IMG/VR virus record: IMGVR_UViG_3300025934_000014
Location: 32,001 to 96,000 of that record
Source of the DNA: a virus
Taxonomy: Duplodnaviria; Caudoviricetes
Strand: one strand, 5' to 3'
DNA length: 64,000 nucleotides
Within the stretch, counting starts at the first letter, position 1, and each line of letters starts with the position of its first letter. Under the pieces are notes generated by a model. It searched no databases. It worked only from the letters and a program-made list of their open reading frames with translations, and was not told the DNA's origin. Positions 38,733-48,325 of the stretch are shown here, in pieces. A program made the translations under genes and the position numbers.

Positions 38733-41368
38733 GCATGACGCCTGCACGGATGGGGGTGCTCCGGCTCAATGCCGGACGCCTCAATCTGCTGCAACCGCCC
38801 AGCGAGGTACTGGTCACACAGACGCTCGCGGAAGTCAGCGTTCAGCTACCCGGCGACCAGCGGGTCACGCAACTCGATGCCGAGGCCATGTTCGGGCAGC
38901 GGCCGTTGCCCGAGTTCGATGTCAGCCTGTCGGCCGGGAATCTGGCGCTGACGTGGGTGGAGTTCACGGATGCAATGGGCAACATGCACCCGTGGAGCAC
39001 GATGCCGCTGGTGGACCCAGCGACCTACCACGGCGGCTATAAGGAGCCGCGCGTCCTCACGTGGCCGACCATCTCGCGCGTGCTCTCAGGGCCGCAGGGT
39101 GAGCACACGGGCGTGCAGTTCGGCATCGAGATGTCCGACACCGACCGTGGCCTGCGAGCGTTGCTGGCGAATCCACAGACGCGCTACTTCCTGAACCGGC
39201 CGATGGTCATCCGCATGATCGATGACCGCTCGCGGCGGCAGCAGGGACCGCCCCGCACGATCATGCGCGGCCTCGTGGCAGATTACGGGCCGCGTCCGAA
39301 TCTTGGCTTCACCCTCGGCGGCGAGGATCTCATCACGCGCCAGTTCATGTCGCCCATCGCGGCGCTGTCGCAAGTGCCGAAGCGACTGGTGACCGCCGCC
39401 GACTTCCCGGCGTGCCCGATAGACAGTCTCGGGAAGCCGGTGCCGATCTGGTACGGGCAGGCGAGTGACGCACAGATCAAGACGCGCACGATTCCCCAGT
39501 ACTCCAACGTCGTGAACATTGGCGCGGACGTGTTCTGGAACGGCGAGATCACGCCGAACCCGCCGGGGTCCGCCACGTACGAATACATCTACACGGTGTG
39601 CCCCGGCGATTACCAAGGCGACAACATCTCGCCGCAAACAGCCGACCCGGCGTACGACAACGACCATCGGTACGAGTTCGCGCGGTCACACATTACGGTG
39701 ACGGGCGCACCGAGCGCGACGGAGTACCTCCCCGGCGTGCGCTACGTGCAGTTGTACTGGGCCAATATGTCCGAGGGGGCGCGTGGAGGGTGGTTCCCTC
39801 CGCCCTACGACGTGAACAACGCACGGCCACGCATTTACGGTCGGACGCCGGGCGGCGTGCCCGGCCTGCTGTCGCACTACTCGCATGAGACGGCGATGAA
39901 CTACTTCATCGACCACATGCAGACGCCAGCGCCGTCAGTGCCGCCACCCTTCACCACCGCGCCGTTACCGGACCTTGAAGTGGTCGAGGATCTCGGCAAG
40001 GGCGAAGTGCCGGTGCTGTTTGTCGGGCCGCGCGATCTCGGGACGCCGGAGGCCGCAGACTGGTGGGACGAGTACCTCGTGTGCGGCCACGCGATCAAGT
40101 CCATCGAAGGCTGGTACTTCGGCGGGATGCGCGAACTGGATGCCACCGAGGGTGCTGATTACCTGATTCCCGGCAAGCCTGCGTACACCGCGAAGTTCGG
40201 CAGTGCCACGTATCGAGACATCAACGGGCATCGCTACACGCTGGTGTATGCGCGTGGGGACAAGTCTCAACAGATCAAAGAGAACCCCAAGCGGTTCACG
40301 CTCAACATCATCGGTATCGAAACGGTCGGGGACGGCACCGGCACACCGATTGTCAAGCTGCTGGAGATTTACCTGCACGCGCTCCAGAACTGGATTCTCG
40401 GGAACTGGCAGACCGGCCCGTGGTTGCCGTCGCCGCGCTTCCCCGATAGTGGCCCGTTCGCGCCGCCAGAGGAGGAGTTGTCGCACATTGACGAACCGAG
40501 TTTCGCCAAGGCGCAGACGGTGTCGGAGACGCGGATGCCGGTGTCCGGCACGCACCCGGTCGCTGGCTACATCGGGGCGGGGACCATCGGGGGCGACGGT
40601 TCCTTCGTGTCGATCAGCGATCTGATTCAGTGGTTCAACCAGTCATGCGACGTGGAGTCAGGTTACAACCGCAAGTGCCAGTTCTTTGTGGACATGCTCG
40701 ATGAAACGCGGTTCGATGACGTGCTCCCAGAGATCACGGACTTTGAGCACGTCATCAAGGACAGCTTCGACGTGGTCGAAGACCTGACGGCGCACTTCAA
40801 TGTGGTGCCATTCCGCTACGGACGTGACCTGACGTTGACGCAGGATGTGAATCCGCCGACCGATGGTTCGACGCCGGTACAGCAACCGGAATGGACCGAG
40901 GAGATCGCGCAGGACTTGCCGTCGCAGTCAGCGGCGCAGTACGGGATGGTCCTGACGATGGGACCGCTGGAGTTGCACTTTGTGAAGGACGCCGCTGTCG
41001 CGCGAGACATTGCGACCCGGCGGTTGCGACGGCATCGCGATCCGCCTCGGAACATCCGGCTGAAGGTGCCGCTGGAAGGGTTCGACTACGAACTGGCCGA
41101 TCTGAAATGCGTGACGACGTTCCAAGGCATTGGCGCGACCGGCTGGGCGAAGGAGCCGTTCCGCATCATGAAGCACGACGCGGACCCGAACGACATCTCG
41201 GTCGAGATCGAAGGACTCGATCTGTCGTACCTGTTCACGTCGGCGCGACGACGCGCGAACGGTGAACCCGACACGATCACGTTGTTCGACAAGCGTCGTG
41301 GCCGTCCCATCGTGGTGCTGCCCGTGCCCGTGCCGGGTCTGCGGCGCATCGACTTAGAAGACGAGTAG
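38729..41368 (+). CDS. Tail tip/baseplate hub-like protein
   Basis: ~880 aa; GKPVPIWYG; position in tail module. Confidence 0.6.
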   Translation: MSMTPARMGVLRLNAGRLNLLQPPSEVLVTQTLAEVSVQLPGDQRVTQLDAEAMFGQRPLPEFDVSLSAGNLALTWVEFTDAMGNMHPWSTMPLVDPATYHGGYKEPRVLTWPTISRVLSGPQGEHTGVQFGIEMSDTDRGLRALLANPQTRYFLNRPMVIRMIDDRSRRQQGPPRTIMRGLVADYGPRPNLGFTLGGEDLITRQFMSPIAALSQVPKRLVTAADFPACPIDSLGKPVPIWYGQASDAQIKTRTIPQYSNVVNIGADVFWNGEITPNPPGSATYEYIYTVCPGDYQGDNISPQTADPAYDNDHRYEFARSHITVTGAPSATEYLPGVRYVQLYWANMSEGARGGWFPPPYDVNNARPRIYGRTPGGVPGLLSHYSHETAMNYFIDHMQTPAPSVPPPFTTAPLPDLEVVEDLGKGEVPVLFVGPRDLGTPEAADWWDEYLVCGHAIKSIEGWYFGGMRELDATEGADYLIPGKPAYTAKFGSATYRDINGHRYTLVYARGDKSQQIKENPKRFTLNIIGIETVGDGTGTPIVKLLEIYLHALQNWILGNWQTGPWLPSPRFPDSGPFAPPEEELSHIDEPSFAKAQTVSETRMPVSGTHPVAGYIGAGTIGGDGSFVSISDLIQWFNQSCDVESGYNRKCQFFVDMLDETRFDDVLPEITDFEHVIKDSFDVVEDLTAHFNVVPFRYGRDLTLTQDVNPPTDGSTPVQQPEWTEEIAQDLPSQSAAQYGMVLTMGPLELHFVKDAAVARDIATRRLRRHRDPPRNIRLKVPLEGFDYELADLKCVTTFQGIGATGWAKEPFRIMKHDADPNDISVEIEGLDLSYLFTSARRRANGEPDTITLFDKRRGRPIVVLPVPVPGLRRIDLEDE

Positions 41369-41375
41369 GAACCTT

Positions 41376-42908
41376 ATGGCCGACCCGCTTGACCGCACGT
41401 GGTACGACACGCTCATTGACGACGACGGGTCCGGGAACACCGGCACCGTCTGGAACAAGAGGGAAGTCGATGGGCTGATGGATACCGTGGACCGGGCGCT
41501 CGTGCCTGTGGTCGTCACGGCCGATCCTCGACTGGCAGATGCCCGGACGCCGGTTCCGCACGCGGCCACGCATGCGCCGGGCGGTAGCGACCCGATGCCT
41601 GCGCCTGCGCCTGCGCCGCCGTCGGCGCACCATGTCAGTCACGACACTGGCGGATCCGACGCGCTCCAAGCGGTACGAGCGGAGATTATCAACAGCGGCT
41701 ATCTCCCCATCGACCGCATTCAGGACAACAGCCTTGCGCTCGCCAAGCTCCCGGACATCGCCGCGTCGATGTTGCTGGGCCGTCGCGCGCTGGACGCAGG
41801 CGACCCGGAGCCAATTGCTCTCGGTGCGAACCTCGTGATGAGCGGCCAGACGCTGAGCGCCACGATTCCCGGCGGTGGCACCGGCGCGGTGCCTTACAAC
41901 TTCAGCACGATCATCACGCCGCCGCCGACTTCCGGGCTGGTACGCTTCAACAACGCCGACTACGCGCTGGTCACAAAGGTCTGGATCCACGCGGTCACGA
42001 GCGATGCGCACGACATCTTCTGGTCGCTGCTGCTCGCACACGCGGGGTCCACCCTACTGGTGCAGAACGCCGTCGATCACACGCGCTACGGCCAGTTCGT
42101 GACGACGGGTGAACCGGTGGACTTCACCACGTACGTCGAGTTCCCGGTCGCGCACGTGAAGCACGGCACCGTGCTCGCGAATAACGAAGCCTCGCTGGTG
42201 CTCCTGACGCCGGGCGCTCCGCAGGCGCAGGCCGCTGGCAGCACGACGCACGTGCAGTTCAACGATGGTGGCGTCTTCGCTGGCGATCCGGGCCTCGCCT
42301 TCGACAAGACGGCGAAGGGGCTGTCGATTGGCGTGACCCCGGCGCTGACGGGGCATCTCCGTCTGCCGAACACCAGCACGATGTCCTTCCGCAACAACGG
42401 CAACACCGGTGACATCCCGATCTTGCAACTGTGGTCGGATGACCGGACCTACCTCGGGTCAGTATCAGACAAGGGCGTCGTCATCCGGTCGGGTGTTGCC
42501 GTGGCCTTCACGGATGGGGGCGGGACGATTGGGGCGGCGTTCGACGCTGTAACCAAACTGTTCACGATGACTCGTCCGGCGAACAAGCTGGGCGCGTGGG
42601 CGTGGAATGGCACGACGGTGGACTTCAACATCGCGTCGGGGGTGGCGTTCGAGGTCGGCGTCGGCAACAACTGGGGACCGATGATTTTCTCCAACCCACC
42701 GCCGACTGGCGTCGAGTACGTGTTCACGCTCTACCTGAACTTCGCGGCGGCTGGCCTCTCGGTGGCCTTCCCGGCGAATGTCACATGGGATGACGACGTG
42801 GTGCCGACGATGCCGGGCGCGGGACGCACGCTGATCCTCGGGTTCTCGACCATCAACGGCGGCGGTCGTTATCGTGGGTACATCGGTGGCCGGAACCACG
42901 CGACGTAA
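41376..42908 (+). CDS. Tail fibre-like protein
   Basis: DPRLADAR, HAATH..GGSD repeats, VQFNDGG.FAG motif. Confidence 0.7.
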   Translation: MADPLDRTWYDTLIDDDGSGNTGTVWNKREVDGLMDTVDRALVPVVVTADPRLADARTPVPHAATHAPGGSDPMPAPAPAPPSAHHVSHDTGGSDALQAVRAEIINSGYLPIDRIQDNSLALAKLPDIAASMLLGRRALDAGDPEPIALGANLVMSGQTLSATIPGGGTGAVPYNFSTIITPPPTSGLVRFNNADYALVTKVWIHAVTSDAHDIFWSLLLAHAGSTLLVQNAVDHTRYGQFVTTGEPVDFTTYVEFPVAHVKHGTVLANNEASLVLLTPGAPQAQAAGSTTHVQFNDGGVFAGDPGLAFDKTAKGLSIGVTPALTGHLRLPNTSTMSFRNNGNTGDIPILQLWSDDRTYLGSVSDKGVVIRSGVAVAFTDGGGTIGAAFDAVTKLFTMTRPANKLGAWAWNGTTVDFNIASGVAFEVGVGNNWGPMIFSNPPPTGVEYVFTLYLNFAAAGLSVAFPANVTWDDDVVPTMPGAGRTLILGFSTINGGGRYRGYIGGRNHAT

Positions 42909-42911
42909 ACC

Positions 42912-45020
42912 ATGTCGCTGCTGCACCCGCGCTTCTTCATCAAGAACTGGCAGTATCTGCCGCCGACCGGTCTGGGTGCGGCCCAGATCGCGGTGCTGCC
43001 TGCTGGTACGTCCTCGATTCGCCTGACATGGACGAACCGACGGCCGGAGTACTACACCAACATCTGGTTCAGCAACGGGCAGTACATCAACTTCGTGGGT
43101 CCGGGCGTTACGACGTACGACGTGATCGGGCTGGCTCCGAATACCAGCTACAGCTTCTACGTGACCCACAGCGACGGACAGGGTCGCTACCTATCAAAGC
43201 CGTCGAACATCGCCTCGGCGGCAACACAGATTGCTTTCAATCCGCCGACCAGCGTGACGGCGACCCAGCGCGGCGATCTCCCGGCTGGCACGTCCACGAT
43301 TCGCCTGACGTGGGCGAACGCGCAGGCGGGTGATCCGATTGAGGTGTTTCGCGACGAAGCCTACGTCGGGCTGCTGGGGCCGGGGACAACGGCGTGGGAT
43401 GACACCGGCCTCGCGCCGAGCAGCACGCATTCGTACTTCCTGCGGCACTACCGCTCGACGGCCAGTGGTGCGTACGACACGCCGAACTCCAATCGGACCA
43501 GCGCCTCGACGCAGGAGAAATTCGATGCCCCGTACGGCCTGACGATCAGCAACGTCCTCTCCTATCCGGCTGGTACGTCGCAGTTGGCGCTGAACTGGGG
43601 TAATGCTCAAGCTGGCGATCAGATTCAGATTTACCGCTACCAGAATTCGTGGAATTACCTGACGACGGTTCCGGCGGGGACCACGTCCTACGTGGACAGC
43701 GGCCTCGCGCCGGGTACGTATTACTACTACTACCTCGTTCACATCAGGAACGGTTACACGTCGGGATTGATTCAGGCTGGACCCGTCTCGACGCACGCAC
43801 CGATGCCGTCGCCGGTGAACGCCTTTGTCTCGAATGTCGGCCCGTCCTCGATGAATCTGAACTGGACGAACGGGTCCGGCTCAGACACCGTCCGTGTGTG
43901 GATCTCCGTCGCTGGTGGTGGCTTCACGCCGTACGACTACGGTGCAGGGACGGCGGGACTGGCGTTCACGGGCCTCTCGGCTGGCACCAGCTACACGTTT
44001 GCCGTGCGGCATGTCCGTTACGGCACGGAGTCCACCGATCCGCCCGGTCAGTCGAACTGGGTCGGCACGACGACGCCGTTCCCGGCTCCGGCCGCGCCGT
44101 ACAACCTGCAAGTCGGCGTGCCGCACGATCAGGCACTGATCGTGTACTGGGCGAACGGTGACGGCGGGGCGCAGACCGAGGTGTACCTCAATGGTGGCGG
44201 TGTTGCGACGGTTGGACCGGGCGTCACGCAGTACCAGATTAACGGCCTGACGCGCTGTACGAACTACACGATTCAGTTGCGTGCCCTGAAGAACGGTGTG
44301 TACTCCGGCTTCGTCAGCATCGTCGGGCGACCGCGCATGTACGTTTCCGGCGGCTACGCGCAGAACGACGGGGCGACCGAGTATCACTGGTACTATCAAG
44401 GCGAGTTCGACATCACGCTGCAAGTCCCCGGACAGATCAACTACTCCGGCTTCGGGGCCGGTGGGTACGGTGGGCAGGGCAGTCCCGATGACGGCGTGTC
44501 GAATACAGGTGGCGGCGGCGGTGGCAGCGGCGGCGCGTTTCTCCAGTACGACAACGTCGAACCGAATGGCACCTACCACGTGGTCACGGGGTGGCTGGGT
44601 TACGCGGGTGCGACCACCTACCGCGACGACATCGCCTTCAACGGTGGCTGGGGCGAGTGGGGACTCAACGAGCGCGGCGGCAACGGCAGCTATTCTGGCG
44701 GCGGCGCGGGGAGCGCCTATCCGCAGTACGGCGGCGGCGCAGGGTTTCCCGGTGGGCCGAATAACAGTTGCGGTGGCGGTGGCGGTGGTGGCGCACGTGG
44801 CGGCGGTGCCAGTTCGCAAAGCGGTGTCGGTGCGCCGGGCGGCGGCGGCTTCGGGTTGCCGATCTTTGGCAATGTTGGGTTCGGTGGACAAGGTGGCCGT
44901 GGTCCGGGGTCCGGGGCGAATGCGACCTACTGGGGGTCCGCTGGTGCGGGTGGTGGCCCTGATGGCGGCGGCGGCGGCGGGGCGACGAACGGTGGCTTTA
45001 TGGTGTGGTTCCCGATTTAA
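42912..45020 (+). CDS. FN3-repeat/Gly-rich tail protein, paralog of the C-terminal half of 36093
   Basis: Five FN3-like repeats; shared NSCGGGGG..PIFG..GG.GGRGPGSG.NAT.WG..GGF..W.P end. Confidence 0.8.
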   Translation: MSLLHPRFFIKNWQYLPPTGLGAAQIAVLPAGTSSIRLTWTNRRPEYYTNIWFSNGQYINFVGPGVTTYDVIGLAPNTSYSFYVTHSDGQGRYLSKPSNIASAATQIAFNPPTSVTATQRGDLPAGTSTIRLTWANAQAGDPIEVFRDEAYVGLLGPGTTAWDDTGLAPSSTHSYFLRHYRSTASGAYDTPNSNRTSASTQEKFDAPYGLTISNVLSYPAGTSQLALNWGNAQAGDQIQIYRYQNSWNYLTTVPAGTTSYVDSGLAPGTYYYYYLVHIRNGYTSGLIQAGPVSTHAPMPSPVNAFVSNVGPSSMNLNWTNGSGSDTVRVWISVAGGGFTPYDYGAGTAGLAFTGLSAGTSYTFAVRHVRYGTESTDPPGQSNWVGTTTPFPAPAAPYNLQVGVPHDQALIVYWANGDGGAQTEVYLNGGGVATVGPGVTQYQINGLTRCTNYTIQLRALKNGVYSGFVSIVGRPRMYVSGGYAQNDGATEYHWYYQGEFDITLQVPGQINYSGFGAGGYGGQGSPDDGVSNTGGGGGGSGGAFLQYDNVEPNGTYHVVTGWLGYAGATTYRDDIAFNGGWGEWGLNERGGNGSYSGGGAGSAYPQYGGGAGFPGGPNNSCGGGGGGGARGGGASSQSGVGAPGGGGFGLPIFGNVGFGGQGGRGPGSGANATYWGSAGAGGGPDGGGGGGATNGGFMVWFPI

Positions 45021-45026
45021 GGAGCG

Positions 45027-45452
45027 ATGACGATGCCGATAGTGATGGCCGGAAAACAGTTCAACGCGTGGGATGTGAAGTCACTGGCTGGCGATCTCGC
45101 GGGTCGCTTGCGCGAAGCCGCGTACGCCTGCGCGGTCCTTCAGGCGCAGTTGAAGTCATGGGCGGATGCGGATCTGGTCGCGCTGGGCCTGAAACAGGAC
45201 GAGATCAACGCGCTCAAGGGGTTCTTCATCAGCGACGTGCAGCACGTGCAGGCGGCGCTCGCGGCCTCGCCGTGGCTCAAGGACATCGTCGGCCTCGGCG
45301 TCTACGGGTACCCGACGACGGTGATGCCGCCGATCACGCCGGTGATGCAGCCGGGACTCCAGATAGTGCCTACGTCGGTGGCGGCGCAGGTACCGCAGGA
45401 GCCACCCGTCGAAGCGCCGTCGCCCTCCGCTGAGGAGCATCGCACGCAGTGA
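45027..45452 (+). CDS. Hypothetical protein
   Basis: AAGGAG RBS; 141 aa. Confidence 0.65.
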   Translation: MTMPIVMAGKQFNAWDVKSLAGDLAGRLREAAYACAVLQAQLKSWADADLVALGLKQDEINALKGFFISDVQHVQAALAASPWLKDIVGLGVYGYPTTVMPPITPVMQPGLQIVPTSVAAQVPQEPPVEAPSPSAEEHRTQ

Positions 45453-45736
45453 CCCTGCGGGAAGCGGTGACGGCTCGCGTGCCGCGTGTGCGCCACGCGC
45501 GATGGGCCGACCCGTTGACGTACTATCGCCTGCCGCTGCTGCCGGGGCTGGTCGCCGGAGACTGGGTCGAGTTATATGACGACCGGCAGCAACTGGCGAT
45601 GGGTGTGAAGCCGGGCACGGCGCGGTTGCTGATCAGCGTGGCCGGAATGAACGGTGGCTTTGTGCCCTACTGGGGACCGGTGTCACCATTCGAGCAGGAC
45701 CGGGCGAACTTCGCCCGAACGTACATAGACTTCTGA
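45449..45736 (+). CDS. Hypothetical protein
   Basis: GTGA overlap. Confidence 0.55.
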   Translation: MTLREAVTARVPRVRHARWADPLTYYRLPLLPGLVAGDWVELYDDRQQLAMGVKPGTARLLISVAGMNGGFVPYWGPVSPFEQDRANFARTYIDF

Positions 45737-45746
45737 AGGACCGACG

Positions 45747-46190
45747 ATGCACACGATGCAGAAGGAAGTGATACCGGGGCTGGCGACCCGCACGTGGACG
45801 CTGGTGGGCTACGACGTACGGCTGGCGAATTATGGGAGCATGTTCCCGCAGACGCCGCCGTTCCCGCCGGGGGTGCCGCCGCCGCCGGGGATGGACATGC
45901 CGCAGATGCAGATCCGCCTGAAGGTGGAGACGGCGTTCGCGGGGTTCCCGGAGATGACGTTTCTCGACTGGTGGTCGATCTTTGTCATCGGCGCACAGGC
46001 CGCACTGCGGATGCAGGAGATCGCCGGGCCGATTCTCGCGGCGGCGATGGCGCACGTGACGACGCCGGAGGACGCGATCACCGCCTACAAGGTGGCGACG
46101 ACCAAGGCAGCGTACGCCTTCTGTCAGGACGCCCTCGTGCCGCCGTTGCAGCGCATTCCCGACGACGCGGTGTTGACGGGCGAGCCATAA
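45747..46190 (+). CDS. Hypothetical protein
   Basis: AAGGA RBS. Confidence 0.6.
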   Translation: MHTMQKEVIPGLATRTWTLVGYDVRLANYGSMFPQTPPFPPGVPPPPGMDMPQMQIRLKVETAFAGFPEMTFLDWWSIFVIGAQAALRMQEIAGPILAAAMAHVTTPEDAITAYKVATTKAAYAFCQDALVPPLQRIPDDAVLTGEP

Positions 46191-46224
46191 TCCATTCGAC
46201 TGTGTGACGACGGAGGAGACGACG

Positions 46225-46473
46225 ATGCCCCTGACGACGATGAGTGTGTTGCCCGATCTGGGAGATCGCCGGTTTGGAAGTCTGGCGCTGGGTTACGACA
46301 AGATCATGCAGATCAGGGTGGAGCACAGTGCGCTTGCCGCGCTCGCCGCTGCCGCGTGCGAATGCGAAGTCGAAGACCTGACGATCCTCAAGATCCAGCA
46401 AGTCACGGCCGCGCTCGCGAGCGCAAAGAATGCCGCGACGGACGCCGCTGGTGTTGATGGCTCCACGATGTGA
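46225..46473 (+). CDS. Hypothetical protein
   Basis: GGAGACGACGATG start motif. Confidence 0.6.
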   Translation: MPLTTMSVLPDLGDRRFGSLALGYDKIMQIRVEHSALAALAAAACECEVEDLTILKIQQVTAALASAKNAATDAAGVDGSTM

Positions 46474-46490
46474 CCAGTAGTTCTCCGGTG

Positions 46491-46519
46491 TAGACATTAT
46501 CAATCGCCTGTGCCACGCT
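46491..46519 (+). promoter_or_regulatory. Promoter directly upstream of GGY-NN array 1
   Basis: TAGACA-17 nt-CACGCT with TG extended -10; predicted start site falls in the first pentamers. Confidence 0.5.
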
Positions 46520-46750
46520 GGCGAGCCGGGGCCGGGTAAGGATAGGCGGGGCACGGTTTGCTTCGGTCTGGTGGGGTTAGGTGAGGCCGGGCATGGCGAG
46601 GCATGGCTTGGTTTGGCGAGGCAGGGCTTGACATGGTGCGGTGAGGCAGGGTTGGGTTGTGTCGGGCACGGTAGGTGTCGGGTCGGGCACGGTTGGGTCC
46701 GGCGAGGCATGGTGTGGCCGGGTTCGGTTCGGCCGGGTAGGGTACGGTTT
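46520..46750 (+). ncRNA. GGY-NN pentamer array 1 (46 units), candidate guide RNA
   Basis: Manual parse: 31 units, 1 extra nt, 15 units; 40/46 begin exactly with GGC/GGT; last two bases vary freely. Confidence 0.8.
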
Positions 46751-46782
46751 TCTATTACGACGACGAAGGCGGAGACGACGGA

Positions 46783-47397
46783 ATGACAACAGCAACAGCA
46801 ATTGGGCCAGTCACGAACGGTGCGCTGGCGACTCTCAAGTTTGAACTCCCATACGTGGCGAGCGTGAGACTGGTCGGCGTGGCCGACATCCTGTTCCACC
46901 GGTGGAACGTGGAAGGGGTTGCATCGAAGGCGCTCGCGAAGAAGGGATCGGCAGCGAAGAAGACCGACGACATCGAGAGCTATGTCTATCGCAACGACGC
47001 CGAGGAAATCTGCATCCCCGGTGAGTACGTGCGGCAGGCGATCATCAACGCGGCGAAGTACCGTCCGGACCCGCGCAGCCCTCGCAAGTCTGCGATGGAC
47101 CTGTTCAAGGCAGGCGTCGTCTCACTCACGGACCTCGCCTCGACGGGCGTCACGAAGTGGGACTTTGAAGACAAGCGGCGCGTGCAGGTTCAGCGTGCAG
47201 GTATCACGCGTGTGCGTCCGGCGCTGAAGCAGGGGTGGGCGATTCAGGTCGAACTGCTGGTGAATCTGCCGGAGTACATCGCGCCTGCGGATCTGCTTGA
47301 AGTGATCGTCAACGCGGGTCGCCTGATCGGACTGGGCGACTTCCGGCCGACGTACGGTCGGTTCTCAGTCGTCAGTTTCGAGTGCCTTCAGGGCTGA
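46783..47397 (+). CDS. Solo Cas7/RAMP-like RNA-binding protein (204 aa)
   Basis: VRLVGVADILFH (beta1), ICIPGEYVRQAI (RAMP IPGxx helix), RVRP, GW..QVEL, C-terminal Gly loop AGRLIGLGDFRPTYGRFSV. Confidence 0.75.
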   Translation: MTTATAIGPVTNGALATLKFELPYVASVRLVGVADILFHRWNVEGVASKALAKKGSAAKKTDDIESYVYRNDAEEICIPGEYVRQAIINAAKYRPDPRSPRKSAMDLFKAGVVSLTDLASTGVTKWDFEDKRRVQVQRAGITRVRPALKQGWAIQVELLVNLPEYIAPADLLEVIVNAGRLIGLGDFRPTYGRFSVVSFECLQG

Positions 47398-48015
47398 GTG
47401 CGGTGGGCCTTGGTCGGGTTTGGCGGGGCGAGGCATGGTTTGGCTCGCTCTGGTCAGGCTGGGCAAGGCGAGGCGAGGTCGGGTGAGATACGGCTTGGTG
47501 CGGCCTGCCTTGGCGAGGTCGGGCGTGGCGAGGTCCGGTGGGGTTGTGTCTGTCCGGGTGTGGCGAGGCGTGGCGTGGCACGGTCAGGCACGGTGAGGCA
47601 CGGTCTGGCTGGGCGAGGTTAGGCGAGGCCGGGCGCGGTTCGGTATGGCGCGGCAGGCTCTACGGCGCGGTGCTTCAGGCACGGCGCGGCAGGTTCTGCC
47701 GTGAGGTCTGGTTGGGCGGGGTTCGGCGTGGCGAGGCTGGCTACGGCCCGGTCAGGCGCGGTGCGGTTTGGTCAGGCATTGGCGCGGCACGGCAAGGTCA
47801 GGTTAGGTCGGGTTTGGCGAGGCATGGCTGGGGCGTGGCAGGGCGTGGCATTGGCGAGGCGTGATGTTGGTCGGGCTTGGTGAGGCAAGGTCCGGTTTGC
47901 CAAGGTCAGGCGTCGGTCGGGTTTGGTAGTGTCAGGCTAGGCAAGGCAGCGGCTTGGCGCGGCGCGGCTCGCTACGGCGTGGATTGGTTTGCCCCGGCGC
48001 GGTATGGCGTGGTCT
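47392..48015 (+). ncRNA. GGY-NN pentamer array 2 (~120 units), candidate guide RNA(s)
   Basis: Unbroken 5-nt phase 47392-47656 (53 units), then several 1-2 nt phase slips; ends at the next promoter's -35 box. Confidence 0.8.
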
Positions 48016-48043
48016 TGACATCGCCGTCGATTGGCATTACCAT
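48015..48043 (+). promoter_or_regulatory. Early promoter
   Basis: TTGACA-17-TACCAT. Confidence 0.8.
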
Positions 48044-48081
48044 TGGACGGTAAGGTCAATTCGGAGACGACGGAGGCGACG

Positions 48082-48324
48082 ATGAACGCAGAGATTCCTA
48101 CCCCTGAACAGGTCGCAGCGGATGCACGACAGGTCGTGCTCGCGGATGTCTATACCGGGCTTCGCATGGGCGGCTACACCTTCATTAGCGCATTGAAGGC
48201 GTTGCGCATCCTCGGCCTCTCGCTGGCCGAAGCGAAGGCCGTCGCGGACCAGTGCGATGCCCAGCGCGTGGCGATGCAGCAGTTGGCCGTGCTCGAACAC
48301 TTCCAGTCTGCGGTGGCGCATTGA
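48082..48324 (+). CDS. Hypothetical protein (possible ribosomal L7/L12-like helix pair)
   Basis: ISALKALR..GLSLAEAKAVAD; GGAGGCGACGATG start. Confidence 0.55.
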   Translation: MNAEIPTPEQVAADARQVVLADVYTGLRMGGYTFISALKALRILGLSLAEAKAVADQCDAQRVAMQQLAVLEHFQSAVAH

Positions 48325-48325
48325 G

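Noticed and set aside
46078-47883. ORFs over the pentamer arrays (46078-46899 -, 46571-46786, 47398-47622, 47538-47864, 47701-47883)
   Set aside because: G/R/P-rich translations produced by 5-nt periodicity, with no RBS; a period of 5 does not fit codon-level selection.
46520-48015. CRISPR array or simple microsatellite
   Set aside because: No 23-47 nt repeats with spacers; units differ at positions 4-5, unlike slippage repeats. G-quadruplex potential is not excluded but does not explain the phase or the linked RAMP-like gene.
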